Positions 35,498-44,808 of a DNA stretch of 64,000 nucleotides are shown piece by piece. Below the pieces are notes generated by a model. It made no database searches and was not told the DNA's origin. It saw only the letters and a program-made list of their open reading frames with translations. This stretch comes from a virus: the IMG/VR virus record IMGVR_UViG_3300042861_001913; one strand, given 5' to 3'. The translations under genes were made by a program, and so were the position numbers. Positions within the stretch are counted from its first letter, which is position 1, and each line of letters begins with the position of its first letter.

Positions 35498-36735
35498 ATA
35501 ACCATTATCTGTCATCTCAAATAACTGGATTAACTACTAACATTGTTCAAGAGTTAGTAAGTCCACATAAACACACAATCCGCGATTATGAATCCATACT
35601 TCGTAATCCCTGGGCTAAGGAATGCTGTAATATTAAATCACTCAGAGCAACTGTAACTATAGGTGATTATCAGAATAAGAATAAAGAACATCAGGACTTC
35701 ATACTTGATGCTATAGCTAATATGGATGGCACATTATCTGACATAGTAGGACGATTATGTAGTGCTATGCCATTTGGACATAGTAGTGCTGAAATAGCAT
35801 TTAAACCAATACGTTCATTTGGTAAGACTCGCTACACACTGAAGGGAATTAATCTACTCGATCCTAAGAGAGTGCGTTATGCTGGTGCTGCTGGTAAATT
35901 AACTCATATTCGATATAACGATGGGATTCGTGCATTATGGATTCCTTATAACAAGTGTCTTCATATTACTAACGGATTAGTTACTAACTATAACGAACGT
36001 ACTGCTTATGGTGATCCAGAGTGCGAAACAGCCTATCCATACGTCAAACTATACGAGATTATATTCAGTGAAATGGCGGTTAGTGCTAAGACACTTGCGG
36101 TAGGTATATTACTAGGTCGTGCTGATACTGAGAATACTGTTTACTTACAAAATAAAGATGGTAGTCAATACATAGACGTTAGAACTGGTAAACCTGTAGC
36201 TATTAGTGCTGTAGCTAACCTAGCTGAACAGTTTCAGAACCTTGAAACTCACAGTCATATAGTTACCGATAAACGTAATGAAGTTAGTGCCTTACAGATA
36301 CCAGCAGGTGAACAGTTCTGGAATCTCGCAGAATCTATGTTGCGTAAGAATATATTTGCTGCATTTGGTGTACCTAGTATGGTGCTTGACGAAGGTAGTG
36401 GCGGTATTGCAACTGCTACACTCAGTGTTAAACATTTGTCAATTCTAGATAGTACAGTTGAAGCAACAGTTAAGAAGATTAGAGATCAACTGATTGAGAA
36501 AGTTATACGTCCACTTATTATATGGAACTATGGTGTTCAAGATGATTATGGTAGCTTCGCAGTTACTAATGTTAATGATCCGACTCAGGAGAGCGCACAG
36601 ATACAAAACTTCATAACTGCATTTACTACACAAGTAATACCCATGACTGATCTAGAAGCAATGAATAAGTTTCGTGAGTTGATGAAATTATCACCAACTA
36701 CAGAAGTTAGTCAGCCGGAGACTCAAAGCTATTAA
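35494..36735 (+). CDS. putative portal protein (Mu gp29/DUF935-like pattern)
   Basis: The block NIFAAFGVPSMVLDEGSGGIATATLSVKHLSILDSTVEATVKKIRDQLIEKVIRPLIIWNYG resembles the conserved portal core. Recognition is from memory only. Confidence 0.45.
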   Translation: MNNHYLSSQITGLTTNIVQELVSPHKHTIRDYESILRNPWAKECCNIKSLRATVTIGDYQNKNKEHQDFILDAIANMDGTLSDIVGRLCSAMPFGHSSAEIAFKPIRSFGKTRYTLKGINLLDPKRVRYAGAAGKLTHIRYNDGIRALWIPYNKCLHITNGLVTNYNERTAYGDPECETAYPYVKLYEIIFSEMAVSAKTLAVGILLGRADTENTVYLQNKDGSQYIDVRTGKPVAISAVANLAEQFQNLETHSHIVTDKRNEVSALQIPAGEQFWNLAESMLRKNIFAAFGVPSMVLDEGSGGIATATLSVKHLSILDSTVEATVKKIRDQLIEKVIRPLIIWNYGVQDDYGSFAVTNVNDPTQESAQIQNFITAFTTQVIPMTDLEAMNKFRELMKLSPTTEVSQPETQSY

Positions 36736-36907
36736 CTAAACTTTGCTTCTTACTTAATTTATTATTTAATCGCTCATGTAGATCATTTATAGAATCTTTA
36801 TAAAATTTAAGTTCGTCCTTAAGTGAATCTACTGTATCCTGGGTATCCTGAATATTATACATACTTATAACCTTGTTTAATTGCATATTGAGCAGTTGCA
36901 TAACCAT
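36707..36907 (-). CDS. hypothetical small protein
   Basis: 66-aa ORF that converges on the portal gene's end. Confidence 0.3.
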   Translation of the reverse strand: MVMQLLNMQLNKVISMYNIQDTQDTVDSLKDELKFYKDSINDLHERLNNKLSKKQSLVNSFESPAD

Positions 36908-37042
36908 CTAATTCCTTCTATCATGAGTTCCATCTCCTATCAATATAACTCCTTATTCTTTCAAAACTCTGACCAACGTAGAATCTAAGTGCTTCACGTA
37001 ATTGATCAGGAGTTATATTAGGTATTGTTGATATAACCACAT

Positions 37043-37843
37043 TTATAAAATACCAAGAGCTACTAGTTCATTGTATAACACTTCTATATTACATTGATAA
37101 TAAGTATAGTGAGAACCACTTCCACCATAATAGTCATCTTCATGAATTTCACCCATTGAGCAGCTAATCGCATATAACTTCTTATAGGTAAGAAAACTAA
37201 TGGTCGGATCTATGCTAGTAATGAGATTATCAAATGCCTCAAAGTTAGCTAATGGTTCATCTCCATCATAGTATGTAATATCGTCATCCCAACAGTTACC
37301 CCTACTACCACCAGTAGACCAACTATCTGATTTGAGATATGGTTGATTGATAGTACAACCTAAATTATATTTATCAGAGAATACTAACCAATCTGGTTTA
37401 ACTGCAACTTTATGTAACTTCATAGTAGTATTCTCAAATAACAATTTAAGTTCATCTAAGTTAGGTACATCTAGAGTTAATGTCTTAATGCTAAACGCAC
37501 TAGAGATATCACGTCTATTAACATCATTAATTAAACACTGATTACGATTCTCTTCCCAGTAATGTATCTCTATCTCAGTTAACTCTTTATTCTTAACTAG
37601 TGCATTAATAACTAGAGTTAATTGTTCATTAGTGTGAATTAAACCATCAATGATAAATGTATTAGTTATATAACGAATATAGTTATCTAACCTAGTTAAC
37701 TTATTAACTGCATTCTTCTTATAACGTTTAAGTAGATCATCAAAATCAATATGTCTAATAAGTTTATTATTAGATGATTCTAGTTCCTTCGCAAATGTAG
37801 TTTTCCCACTACTCGGCAATCCCATCAATATTAATACTTTCAT
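37043..37843 (-). CDS. P-loop kinase-like protein with a C-terminal domain of unknown function
   Basis: Walker A MGLPSSGKTTFAKEL at the N-terminus. Confidence 0.5.
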   Translation of the reverse strand: MKVLILMGLPSSGKTTFAKELESSNNKLIRHIDFDDLLKRYKKNAVNKLTRLDNYIRYITNTFIIDGLIHTNEQLTLVINALVKNKELTEIEIHYWEENRNQCLINDVNRRDISSAFSIKTLTLDVPNLDELKLLFENTTMKLHKVAVKPDWLVFSDKYNLGCTINQPYLKSDSWSTGGSRGNCWDDDITYYDGDEPLANFEAFDNLITSIDPTISFLTYKKLYAISCSMGEIHEDDYYGGSGSHYTYYQCNIEVLYNELVALGIL

Positions 37844-38294
37844 CTTTAATGTATGTAATTACAATAGCTGTTGCATCTGCACTATGAGAACTCGTAAACT
37901 TAGTAGTAGTTCCTAGATACTCATTAACTGAGTTACTAATCATAGCTTTATCAGCTTTACCAGTTCCAGTTACTACTAACTTAATATGTTTAGGAGTGTA
38001 ACTATAAATAGACATGGATTTTAGTCTACTTAATACTTCAAATATACCAATGGCGCGATTTAGGCGTTCTCCATTGTTACCGCGACCTAGAAATACTGGT
38101 GCTTCGTATATCAGAGTATCTGGTGAATGCTCCGTCAATAACTTCTGATATTGGTGATAAATATGAACTAACTTATCGGAATCATCAGGTTGAGTTGCTG
38201 TTATTTCTCCAGTAGAGATAATCTTATTAACATCGGTATCGAATACACAATAACCGATGTTAACAATGCCGGGATCTATGCCAATTAATATCAT
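37809..38294 (-). CDS. ruvC: RuvC-like Holliday junction resolvase
   Basis: MILIGIDPGIVNIGYCVFD, YEAPVF and SHSADATAIV match the RuvC acidic catalytic blocks. Confidence 0.75.
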   Translation of the reverse strand: MILIGIDPGIVNIGYCVFDTDVNKIISTGEITATQPDDSDKLVHIYHQYQKLLTEHSPDTLIYEAPVFLGRGNNGERLNRAIGIFEVLSRLKSMSIYSYTPKHIKLVVTGTGKADKAMISNSVNEYLGTTTKFTSSHSADATAIVITYIKDESINIDGIAE

Positions 38295-38311
38295 GATTAT
38301 AGTTAACTTAA

Positions 38312-38803
38312 CTACATCAATAATAACTCTATATTAACTGGAGTGTAGTTAACGCATTCTACAGATACACATTTAAACAACTTAGAGTCGTGTGTAGTTA
38401 TTGAGTTATGAAGATGTCCATGTACATTGATGAAGTTAACTCTACTTACTGGTTTGTGAGTTAGAAGTACATTAGTTAAGTTAACCTCTAGTTCTAACTC
38501 ATTATAGACATCGAGGAAACCAACATTCTTAAACCATGTATTAGTGTGACCTTTATCATGATTGCCACGAATTAGATACTTACTGCCATTTAGTTGATCC
38601 ATTATTAACTTAGTGTCGCGGAATCCAGCAAACGTAACATCACCTAAGTTATATACTATGTCATCATCATTAACTACACTATTCCAATTGCTGATAATTA
38701 CATCGTGCATATCACCAGTAGTTAGAAATGGTCTATTGCAATACTCAATTACCTTATGATGAAATAGATGTAAATCACTAATTACGTAAATCATAATCTG
38801 CAA
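38312..38803 (-). CDS. calcineurin-like metallophosphoesterase
   Basis: ISDLHLFH, GDVTF, GNHD and HGHLH motifs in the canonical order. Confidence 0.7.
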   Translation of the reverse strand: MQIMIYVISDLHLFHHKVIEYCNRPFLTTGDMHDVIISNWNSVVNDDDIVYNLGDVTFAGFRDTKLIMDQLNGSKYLIRGNHDKGHTNTWFKNVGFLDVYNELELEVNLTNVLLTHKPVSRVNFINVHGHLHNSITTHDSKLFKCVSVECVNYTPVNIELLLM

Positions 38804-39257
38804 ACGTTATGTTATCTAATTTAACTTGATTAATTAATGTCCAGTTACTCCAATCCAAATTAAGATATCTATCACCATTAACTACATTATAAGTATGAGT
38901 AATAAATAACTTAGTTACATGAGGTAACAGCGTAGCATAGATACTAGATCCACCTATTATCCAGATAGGTTTGTTATATGATCTAGCTACACTGATTGCA
39001 GTATTAATATCACTGATGAAGAATGTCTCAGATTCGTTAGTAGTCAATCCCTTGTCGCGCGTAATGATGATATTAACGCGGTTAGGAAGCTTCCTAGAGC
39101 GTAGATCACCTCTGAAGGTATTAGCTCCCATTATGACTACTCCACCTGTTGTGAGTGCCTTAAAACGCTGCATATCGGCACAGTCATAATTAACTAATTT
39201 GCCGCCATTACCAATGCAGTTATTGAGAGATATATTAGCTATTAGATTCATAATCAA
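38778..39257 (-). CDS. folA: dihydrofolate reductase
   Basis: LIANISLNNCIG, VVIMGANTF, LPNRVNIIITR, IWIIGGSSIY and LFITH align with DHFR blocks. Confidence 0.75.
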   Translation of the reverse strand: MIMNLIANISLNNCIGNGGKLVNYDCADMQRFKALTTGGVVIMGANTFRGDLRSRKLPNRVNIIITRDKGLTTNESETFFISDINTAISVARSYNKPIWIIGGSSIYATLLPHVTKLFITHTYNVVNGDRYLNLDWSNWTLINQVKLDNITFADYDLRN

Positions 39258-40174
39258 TTCCTTTGTCTAGTTATCCACTGTAATATTGTATTAATTTTAG
39301 TATCAGGTTCTACAGCTTTAATTAAATCAGCAATATCTTTATTTGATAAACTTACATTTTCATCATAAATCTGTTTTCTTACCTCTGATTTATTTTTATA
39401 TTCATTAGGATCTACTTGCCATTCAATACTTCCATTTTCTAATTTAAAGATGTAATTTGTTTCATCTATTTGTTCAATGTTATTTTTAATTTGATATAAG
39501 CGTTTAATTTTCTTATTAGGAGATGGTTGATCTAATGCCCAAATAATTTCAGGATATTGAACTATACCACTAAAACCGCGTACCGATCTAGTAGTGTATT
39601 TATTATCCTTAATTTCACTCTTGTTAACTAATTGAGTAAATACAACTGCAATATTATATTTAAGAGCGATAGTAGCAAACCATTGTAGACAAGGTAGAAC
39701 TTGACACGTATTTTCATCAACAATATTAAATCCAGATAACGAATCAACTATTAATAGTTCAATGTTTTCTGATTCAATAATCTTTTCAATTAATTCAATA
39801 TCATCACTAACGTTATATGTAACTATCTCTAGTGGATTTTTAGGTGTAATGTAGTTGTTTCTACTACCACCTAATAAATCAATACGTTTAACGAATGATT
39901 TAATACGACCTTCTGTATCAATAATTAATACTCTACCTGTATCTTTAATTTCATAATCTTCTCTAGGTAAAAATGGTATATTACTAGTTATTGATAAACT
40001 AGCACCAACTAGACACCAACTTTTACCAATACCACCTTCAGCAACTACAGCACTAACACGACCTTTAGGAAATAAACCTCCTATATATTCAACTTCTACA
40101 TTTTCAACTTCAAGATTCATAACAGTGTGTCCTAAACTTGGAATATATAGACTTTCAACAAATACATCATTCAT
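39254..40174 (-). CDS. RecA-superfamily ATPase (AAA_25/KaiC-like)
   Basis: Walker A AEGGIGKSW and Walker B LLIVDSLSGF. Confidence 0.55.
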   Translation of the reverse strand: MNDVFVESLYIPSLGHTVMNLEVENVEVEYIGGLFPKGRVSAVVAEGGIGKSWCLVGASLSITSNIPFLPREDYEIKDTGRVLIIDTEGRIKSFVKRIDLLGGSRNNYITPKNPLEIVTYNVSDDIELIEKIIESENIELLIVDSLSGFNIVDENTCQVLPCLQWFATIALKYNIAVVFTQLVNKSEIKDNKYTTRSVRGFSGIVQYPEIIWALDQPSPNKKIKRLYQIKNNIEQIDETNYIFKLENGSIEWQVDPNEYKNKSEVRKQIYDENVSLSNKDIADLIKAVEPDTKINTILQWITRQRN

Positions 40175-40271
40175 CTTATTAAGGGTTTATATGTTGTATA
40201 TGATTAATTATAAACTACAACATTGTCAGGGGTGGATAGGAAATGTTGTAAATAAAATAATTAAGTATTAT

Positions 40272-40424
40272 TTAAGATTCATAATCCATAACAATACAGG
40301 TAAGTAAGAAAAAAGGTAGGGCGATTTCAACACTTGTATAATCTGATGCTAAGTATCTATCCGCCACTCCAAACATGAATCCGCCAGTTAGTAATGTGAA
40401 ACTAATCCATCTCAGTTGTTTCAT
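40272..40424 (-). CDS. possible small membrane protein (50 aa)
   Basis: Hand translation gives MKQLRWISFTLLTGGFMFGVADRYLASDYTSVEIALPFFLLTCIVMDYES. It fills an otherwise empty 360-nt gap. Confidence 0.35.
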   Translation of the reverse strand: MKQLRWISFTLLTGGFMFGVADRYLASDYTSVEIALPFFLLTCIVMDYES

Positions 40425-40532
40425 CTGATTAATGTATCCAATCTAATAATTCATTACAAGTAATAACACCGTTACATTGATAAACGTAGTTAAGTTATCT
40501 AAAGTACCACTTAACTTACATCAAGTTATCTA

Positions 40533-40943
40533 TCATAGTGCATTTAATATTGATTCATATGTAACAGGTGTATCATCATCGTCATCATAATCAATATCAC
40601 CAACAAAGTCATCTAATATTTTTTCTAATTCAGCATACATATTATGATATTGATCGTAATCTTTATTATGTTTAGCTGCTTTTAGTAAATCATAGAAACT
40701 AGTGTATTTAGAATTAATAACATAGTCTACATAATCATAAGCCTCACTATCATCATTTAACCATTCTCGTAATTCATCATAACTATAATTATAACTATCG
40801 TAAGTATCGTCATTAGCAATAATATCAAGCATTCTATCATCTGAATCATAGAATGATATATTACTAACTAATTGATAATATAACTCTTGTGCTTTATCAG
40901 TAGATCTACTAGATAAATATGCTGCAAATTCATAAATGTCCAT
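40533..40943 (-). CDS. highly acidic Tyr-rich protein
   Basis: My count is 26 D plus 8 E against 9 K/R, with 19 Y, in 136 aa. Contains a DYDDDDD run. The C-terminus is YESILNAL. Confidence 0.5.
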   Translation of the reverse strand: MDIYEFAAYLSSRSTDKAQELYYQLVSNISFYDSDDRMLDIIANDDTYDSYNYSYDELREWLNDDSEAYDYVDYVINSKYTSFYDLLKAAKHNKDYDQYHNMYAELEKILDDFVGDIDYDDDDDTPVTYESILNAL

Positions 40944-40955
40944 GTTATTACCTCT

Positions 40956-40992
40956 AATTAAAATAACCCTAGTTAATGTTAACTAAGGTTAT
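40956..40992 (-). terminator. long hairpin plus T-run downstream of thyA
   Basis: ATAACCCTAGTTAA tg TTAACTAAGGTTAT pairs at 13 of 14 positions. On the minus strand it is followed by TTTTAATT. Confidence 0.45.
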
Positions 40993-41044
40993 ATGATGTC
41001 TATTTAAGTGATGTTATTTAAGTCGTTCTGCTACGCGAAGTTGA

Positions 41045-42019
41045 TTAATATCCTCCTACCACTGTAATATCACCACGTAATGTTGGATGATGTTGATAAT
41101 CATTAATTACAAAGTCATCAATAACGAAGTCTTGCAAATACCGTTGACCTCTATCTCTAATAGTTAAAGTAGGTAACGTATAGGGAACTCTAGTTAATTG
41201 CTCATTAACTTGTTCAACATGGTCACTATAGATGTGATGATCAGCAGTTGCAATAACTAACTCACCTGGTTCATATCCAGTACATTTAGCATACATAGAT
41301 AGAAGTAGTGCATACTGAGCGATGTTATACGCGCCACCGAGGAATAAATCCCAACTGCGTAGGTATAACATTATACTTAACTTACCATTACTTACATTGA
41401 CTGAGTAGTGAGTATGACAAGCTGGAAGTATTACTGATTCATTACCACATTTATAAGCCATTGAATAAACAGTAGTTGGATTCCAATAACTTACAAGAAA
41501 AGACTTACGATCAGGTGTCTTTTTAATTCCATCAATTACAAATCTAGTTTGATCTAGTGTACTATATCTGTACTCAGAATCTATTTGGGTAGACCAATAA
41601 TGTGTATATTCCCAACTTGTACTATTACTATAATGAAGTGGAATAATTTCGCTAGTAATAACACCATCATCAACTAACTGTTGCCATTGTTTGGTTAACT
41701 CAACTGTATTATCAGCAGTTAACTTAACACCTTTATTACGCCAATACTGTTTAGCACCCCATTCATCCCAGATAGTACACTTAACATTATGTAACTTAAC
41801 TACATCATTGCTACCATCTATAAACCACAACATCTCATTGAATGCTGATTTATAAAATGTACGTTTAGTAGTTAATAGTGGAAATCCATCTGATAGATTA
41901 AATCTAACTAAACCACCAAATCTACTAATAATATATTTGTCATCATGACCATATATATTTTTTCTTACGCCATTATCAATTACATCTTGTAGCAGGTTCA
42001 AAAATTGTTGTTCTGACAT
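41045..42019 (-). CDS. thyA: thymidylate synthase (ThyA family, divergent, with insertions)
   Basis: FPLLTTKRT, EMLWFIDG, LPACHTHY (catalytic Cys), RSWDLFLGGAYNIAQYALL (Asn at the dUMP-specifying position) and ADHHIYSDH. Confidence 0.8.
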   Translation of the reverse strand: MSEQQFLNLLQDVIDNGVRKNIYGHDDKYIISRFGGLVRFNLSDGFPLLTTKRTFYKSAFNEMLWFIDGSNDVVKLHNVKCTIWDEWGAKQYWRNKGVKLTADNTVELTKQWQQLVDDGVITSEIIPLHYSNSTSWEYTHYWSTQIDSEYRYSTLDQTRFVIDGIKKTPDRKSFLVSYWNPTTVYSMAYKCGNESVILPACHTHYSVNVSNGKLSIMLYLRSWDLFLGGAYNIAQYALLLSMYAKCTGYEPGELVIATADHHIYSDHVEQVNEQLTRVPYTLPTLTIRDRGQRYLQDFVIDDFVINDYQHHPTLRGDITVVGGY

Positions 42020-42765
42020 AATCCAGCTTTCCTTACTTGAATATTATTGTTAATTAAATACTGTAATCCTTCTAACTTAGAGTGTTCATTGAAGTAAACA
42101 ACTCTTCTAATACCTTTATTTACAATTTCTCTAGCACAGTAAATACATGGAGAATAACTAATAAATAAATCATCTCCTGGTGTAGCTAATTGTAATCCTA
42201 TTTCTTCAGCATGATAATATTGACATCCAATAACTTCATTACAGTTAAGTTCAGTTCTTTTAACTACTCCATTACTACCTCGCCCAATAATATTACCATT
42301 ACTAACTAATACTGCACCAACTTGTAATTTACTACAAGCTGATTTAGATTCCGCAATTTTAAGTTGTTTAACTATATCACTAGTATGAACACCTGTAACT
42401 TCAGATAATAATAGTGCATTATTAACAACTCCTAACTTATTAAAGTTATAACTATCTTTAAATAACACAATGTATCTGTCACTATTTAAATACAAATTAA
42501 TGTCATTTAAATTAAAATGATTAACGTTATCTATAGTTACTAATAACTTCGGATATGTTAATTTAAACCATTCAATTAAATCATGTCTTCTCCAATCGTA
42601 AGAAAATAAGGGTCTGTTGATATCTTTATCTTCATTAAGTAATTCATCAGATTGCAATCTAAATATTACTTCAGTTGGATTAACTTCATTAATTGCTTTC
42701 ATTAAAAACAACTTATGATTATCATGTAATACATCAAATCCACCACCTGTTATAAGTGTAACCAT
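41998..42765 (-). CDS. cytidylyltransferase-like domain fused to dCMP deaminase
   Basis: N-terminus is TGGGFDVLHDNH (nucleotidyltransferase HxGH-type). C-terminus has HAEEIG ... PCIYCAREI (zinc deaminase). Confidence 0.7.
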   Translation of the reverse strand: MVTLITGGGFDVLHDNHKLFLMKAINEVNPTEVIFRLQSDELLNEDKDINRPLFSYDWRRHDLIEWFKLTYPKLLVTIDNVNHFNLNDINLYLNSDRYIVLFKDSYNFNKLGVVNNALLLSEVTGVHTSDIVKQLKIAESKSACSKLQVGAVLVSNGNIIGRGSNGVVKRTELNCNEVIGCQYYHAEEIGLQLATPGDDLFISYSPCIYCAREIVNKGIRRVVYFNEHSKLEGLQYLINNNIQVRKAGLCQNNNF

Positions 42766-42815
42766 ACTAACTCCTAAATAAAAGTGTTAGTTAATATTAA
42801 CTAACACTAAATATC

Positions 42816-43475
42816 TTATTTAATTAACTCTTGAAAGTCTACACTATCCCAGATTAATCTAGTAGTACCATAATAATAATCATAGTTATTACTATAGTAG
42901 TTAAACATCTTATTTAATAACTCACTATCTAACTCAGTTAAACCTAACTTAGTTAACGTAGAACGACATAACTTAGTTGCTCTAGTTACATCTTTCTGAT
43001 CATCTACAATTACTTCTACTTCACATAATCCACCGTAACCTGCATTAATATCAACACAGATATTAAACTTATCAGTCTTATATTCACGTCTACATCTACT
43101 CCATTTAGATTGATATGTTAAACCTAGACTTAATAGTATGTTATCTAACTCATGTAATGATTCACCTCTAATTAGTTCTTTCTCTACACGAACTACACCA
43201 TTATCAGCATCTTCAGTATTGTATTTGAAAATTAATAGTGTACCACCTTTATCGTCATATCTAGTTCTAATAGCTAACTTAGATGTAGTTAGTAATTCAT
43301 TCTTAAATGACAGATTTAGTTTATCTGCTAATTTAACAAGACTCTCCTCTGTGTAAGAAAAATAGTGGTTAAGTTGATTGCTATCTACAATATCTACATT
43401 TGGATATAACGTAATGATGCGAGATTTAAGATCATCAACATCACTAACTAATGCTTTAACTTCTACTTCAATCAT
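42816..43475 (-). CDS. CYTH-domain protein (class IV adenylate cyclase / triphosphatase fold)
   Basis: N-terminal MIEVEVKALV (ExExK signature). Size is 219 aa. Confidence 0.55.
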   Translation of the reverse strand: MIEVEVKALVSDVDDLKSRIITLYPNVDIVDSNQLNHYFSYTEESLVKLADKLNLSFKNELLTTSKLAIRTRYDDKGGTLLIFKYNTEDADNGVVRVEKELIRGESLHELDNILLSLGLTYQSKWSRCRREYKTDKFNICVDINAGYGGLCEVEVIVDDQKDVTRATKLCRSTLTKLGLTELDSELLNKMFNYYSNNYDYYYGTTRLIWDSVDFQELIK

Positions 43476-43478
43476 TTA

Positions 43479-44006
43479 TCAATTACCTATTACTTGTACT
43501 AAACCGCGATAACTTTGACGTGCATCATTAAGTGCATTATGAATTGGTAACTCATTCTCTAATCGCTCATAATAATCAGGTAAATTACGAGCTAATCTAA
43601 ATGAAGTTACATCTAATAATGGATATGGTGAAAATTCCATTATTGAGTCAAATTCAACCCATGTTTCCAGTGCTAATGTAATGAAGTTAGTTTCAACTGG
43701 AAATGGAACATCTGCAAATAACTTAATGTTAGGATATCTCTTATTTAAATCAATCCAATCATAGATAAAATCCCTAGTTAATTCTTCACTATTAGATTCA
43801 CCTAGATGTGGTGTTACATTAACTTCAATCCAATCTACATCTTTTTTCTTACCTACACGTTTAGCATACTTATAATTAGCTTCAGAATACTTGTATATTT
43901 CCTCAATTACATTACCATTACTATCTCCAATTACAATACCATAACTGAAGGCATCACCATATAAACCCATTGATTCAACATCTAATACCGCAACAATGTA
44001 ACTCAT
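43479..44006 (-). CDS. DEDDh 3'-5' exonuclease
   Basis: VLDVESMG (DxE) and HNALNDARQ (Hx4D). Confidence 0.65.
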   Translation of the reverse strand: MSYIVAVLDVESMGLYGDAFSYGIVIGDSNGNVIEEIYKYSEANYKYAKRVGKKKDVDWIEVNVTPHLGESNSEELTRDFIYDWIDLNKRYPNIKLFADVPFPVETNFITLALETWVEFDSIMEFSPYPLLDVTSFRLARNLPDYYERLENELPIHNALNDARQSYRGLVQVIGN

Positions 44007-44008
44007 GT

Positions 44009-44251
44009 TTATTTACCTATGTTATCTCTTAATTGTTTACATTGCTTAGTGTAATAGTTATCTGGAAATACACAATTTTCTAATTTAAGATTAACTGTAT
44101 TAACTCTAACTCGACTAAACGTTAATGTAGTAACTACACCTAATATAAATAAGATAACTAATAATAAGTTATTAGGTGTAGTAGGTTTATTAATACTAAG
44201 CTTCTTAATAAACTTAAATGTAGATTCTAAATCATCATCTATTTTACTCAT
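44009..44251 (-). CDS. small membrane protein
   Basis: A single hydrophobic segment, LLLVILFILGVVTTLTF. Confidence 0.4.
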   Translation of the reverse strand: MSKIDDDLESTFKFIKKLSINKPTTPNNLLLVILFILGVVTTLTFSRVRVNTVNLKLENCVFPDNYYTKQCKQLRDNIGK

Positions 44252-44807
44252 ACAAGTCCTCCACTATTTTTCTTACCTTATCACGTAATTCCTCTATTGT
44301 ACCACTATTATCAATATAATATTGAGTTGGTACGAATGACCAATCATCTAATTTAATGTCCAGGTCAGTTGATTTAGTTTCACCTCTCCCATCTATGTGA
44401 AGTAACACTAACTCATAATCTAGTAACTTCAATAACTCTAACTCCGTTTGGTTGCGACAATCAACTATAGCTACATTACCTATAATAGAGTTAATGACAT
44501 TCTTAGTTGCACCAGGAACTAGATAGTTACCACCTGGATAGAGTGACTTAAATACATGAAAGAAGTTGTACATTAAATCATTGTAGGTAAATGATTCTAA
44601 GTTACCTGTAACTGGATTAACTACAGGTTTAACTCTAAACTCCTTATCATCTAAACTACCTCTATCTAAACCTAACCAATCTTCTAATGGTGTTTTAAAT
44701 GCACGACTAAACTTAACTATAGTTAGAGGAACTAATTCACTCAGTAGTTCAGCTACTGTATCCTTACCTGCATCAGACTTATCAGACCAAACTATAAATA
44801 ACTTCAT
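44244..44807 (-). CDS. deoxynucleoside monophosphate kinase (T4 gp1-like)
   Basis: MKLFIVWSDKSDAGKDTVAELL resembles the T4 Dnk N-terminus MKLIFLSGVKRSGKDT. Confidence 0.55.
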   Translation of the reverse strand: MKLFIVWSDKSDAGKDTVAELLSELVPLTIVKFSRAFKTPLEDWLGLDRGSLDDKEFRVKPVVNPVTGNLESFTYNDLMYNFFHVFKSLYPGGNYLVPGATKNVINSIIGNVAIVDCRNQTELELLKLLDYELVLLHIDGRGETKSTDLDIKLDDWSFVPTQYYIDNSGTIEELRDKVRKIVEDLYE

Positions 44808-44808
44808 T

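Noticed and set aside
40125-40307. A plus-strand 60-aa ORF in the 40175-40532 gap.
   Set aside because: It overlaps the start of the minus-strand ATPase gene and has a shadow-frame composition. A minus-strand 50-aa hydrophobic ORF (40272-40424), co-oriented with its neighbours, explains the gap better.
37043-42019. A thymidine hypermodification pathway, with the ThyA homolog as a dUMP hydroxymethylase and the P-loop kinase as a 5-hmdU DNA kinase.
   Set aside because: The ThyA homolog keeps the TS-type catalytic blocks. A DHFR gene is present, which is only needed if dihydrofolate is produced by genuine thymidylate synthesis. I saw no glycosyl- or aminoacyl-transferase-like partner. It cannot be excluded without nucleoside analysis.
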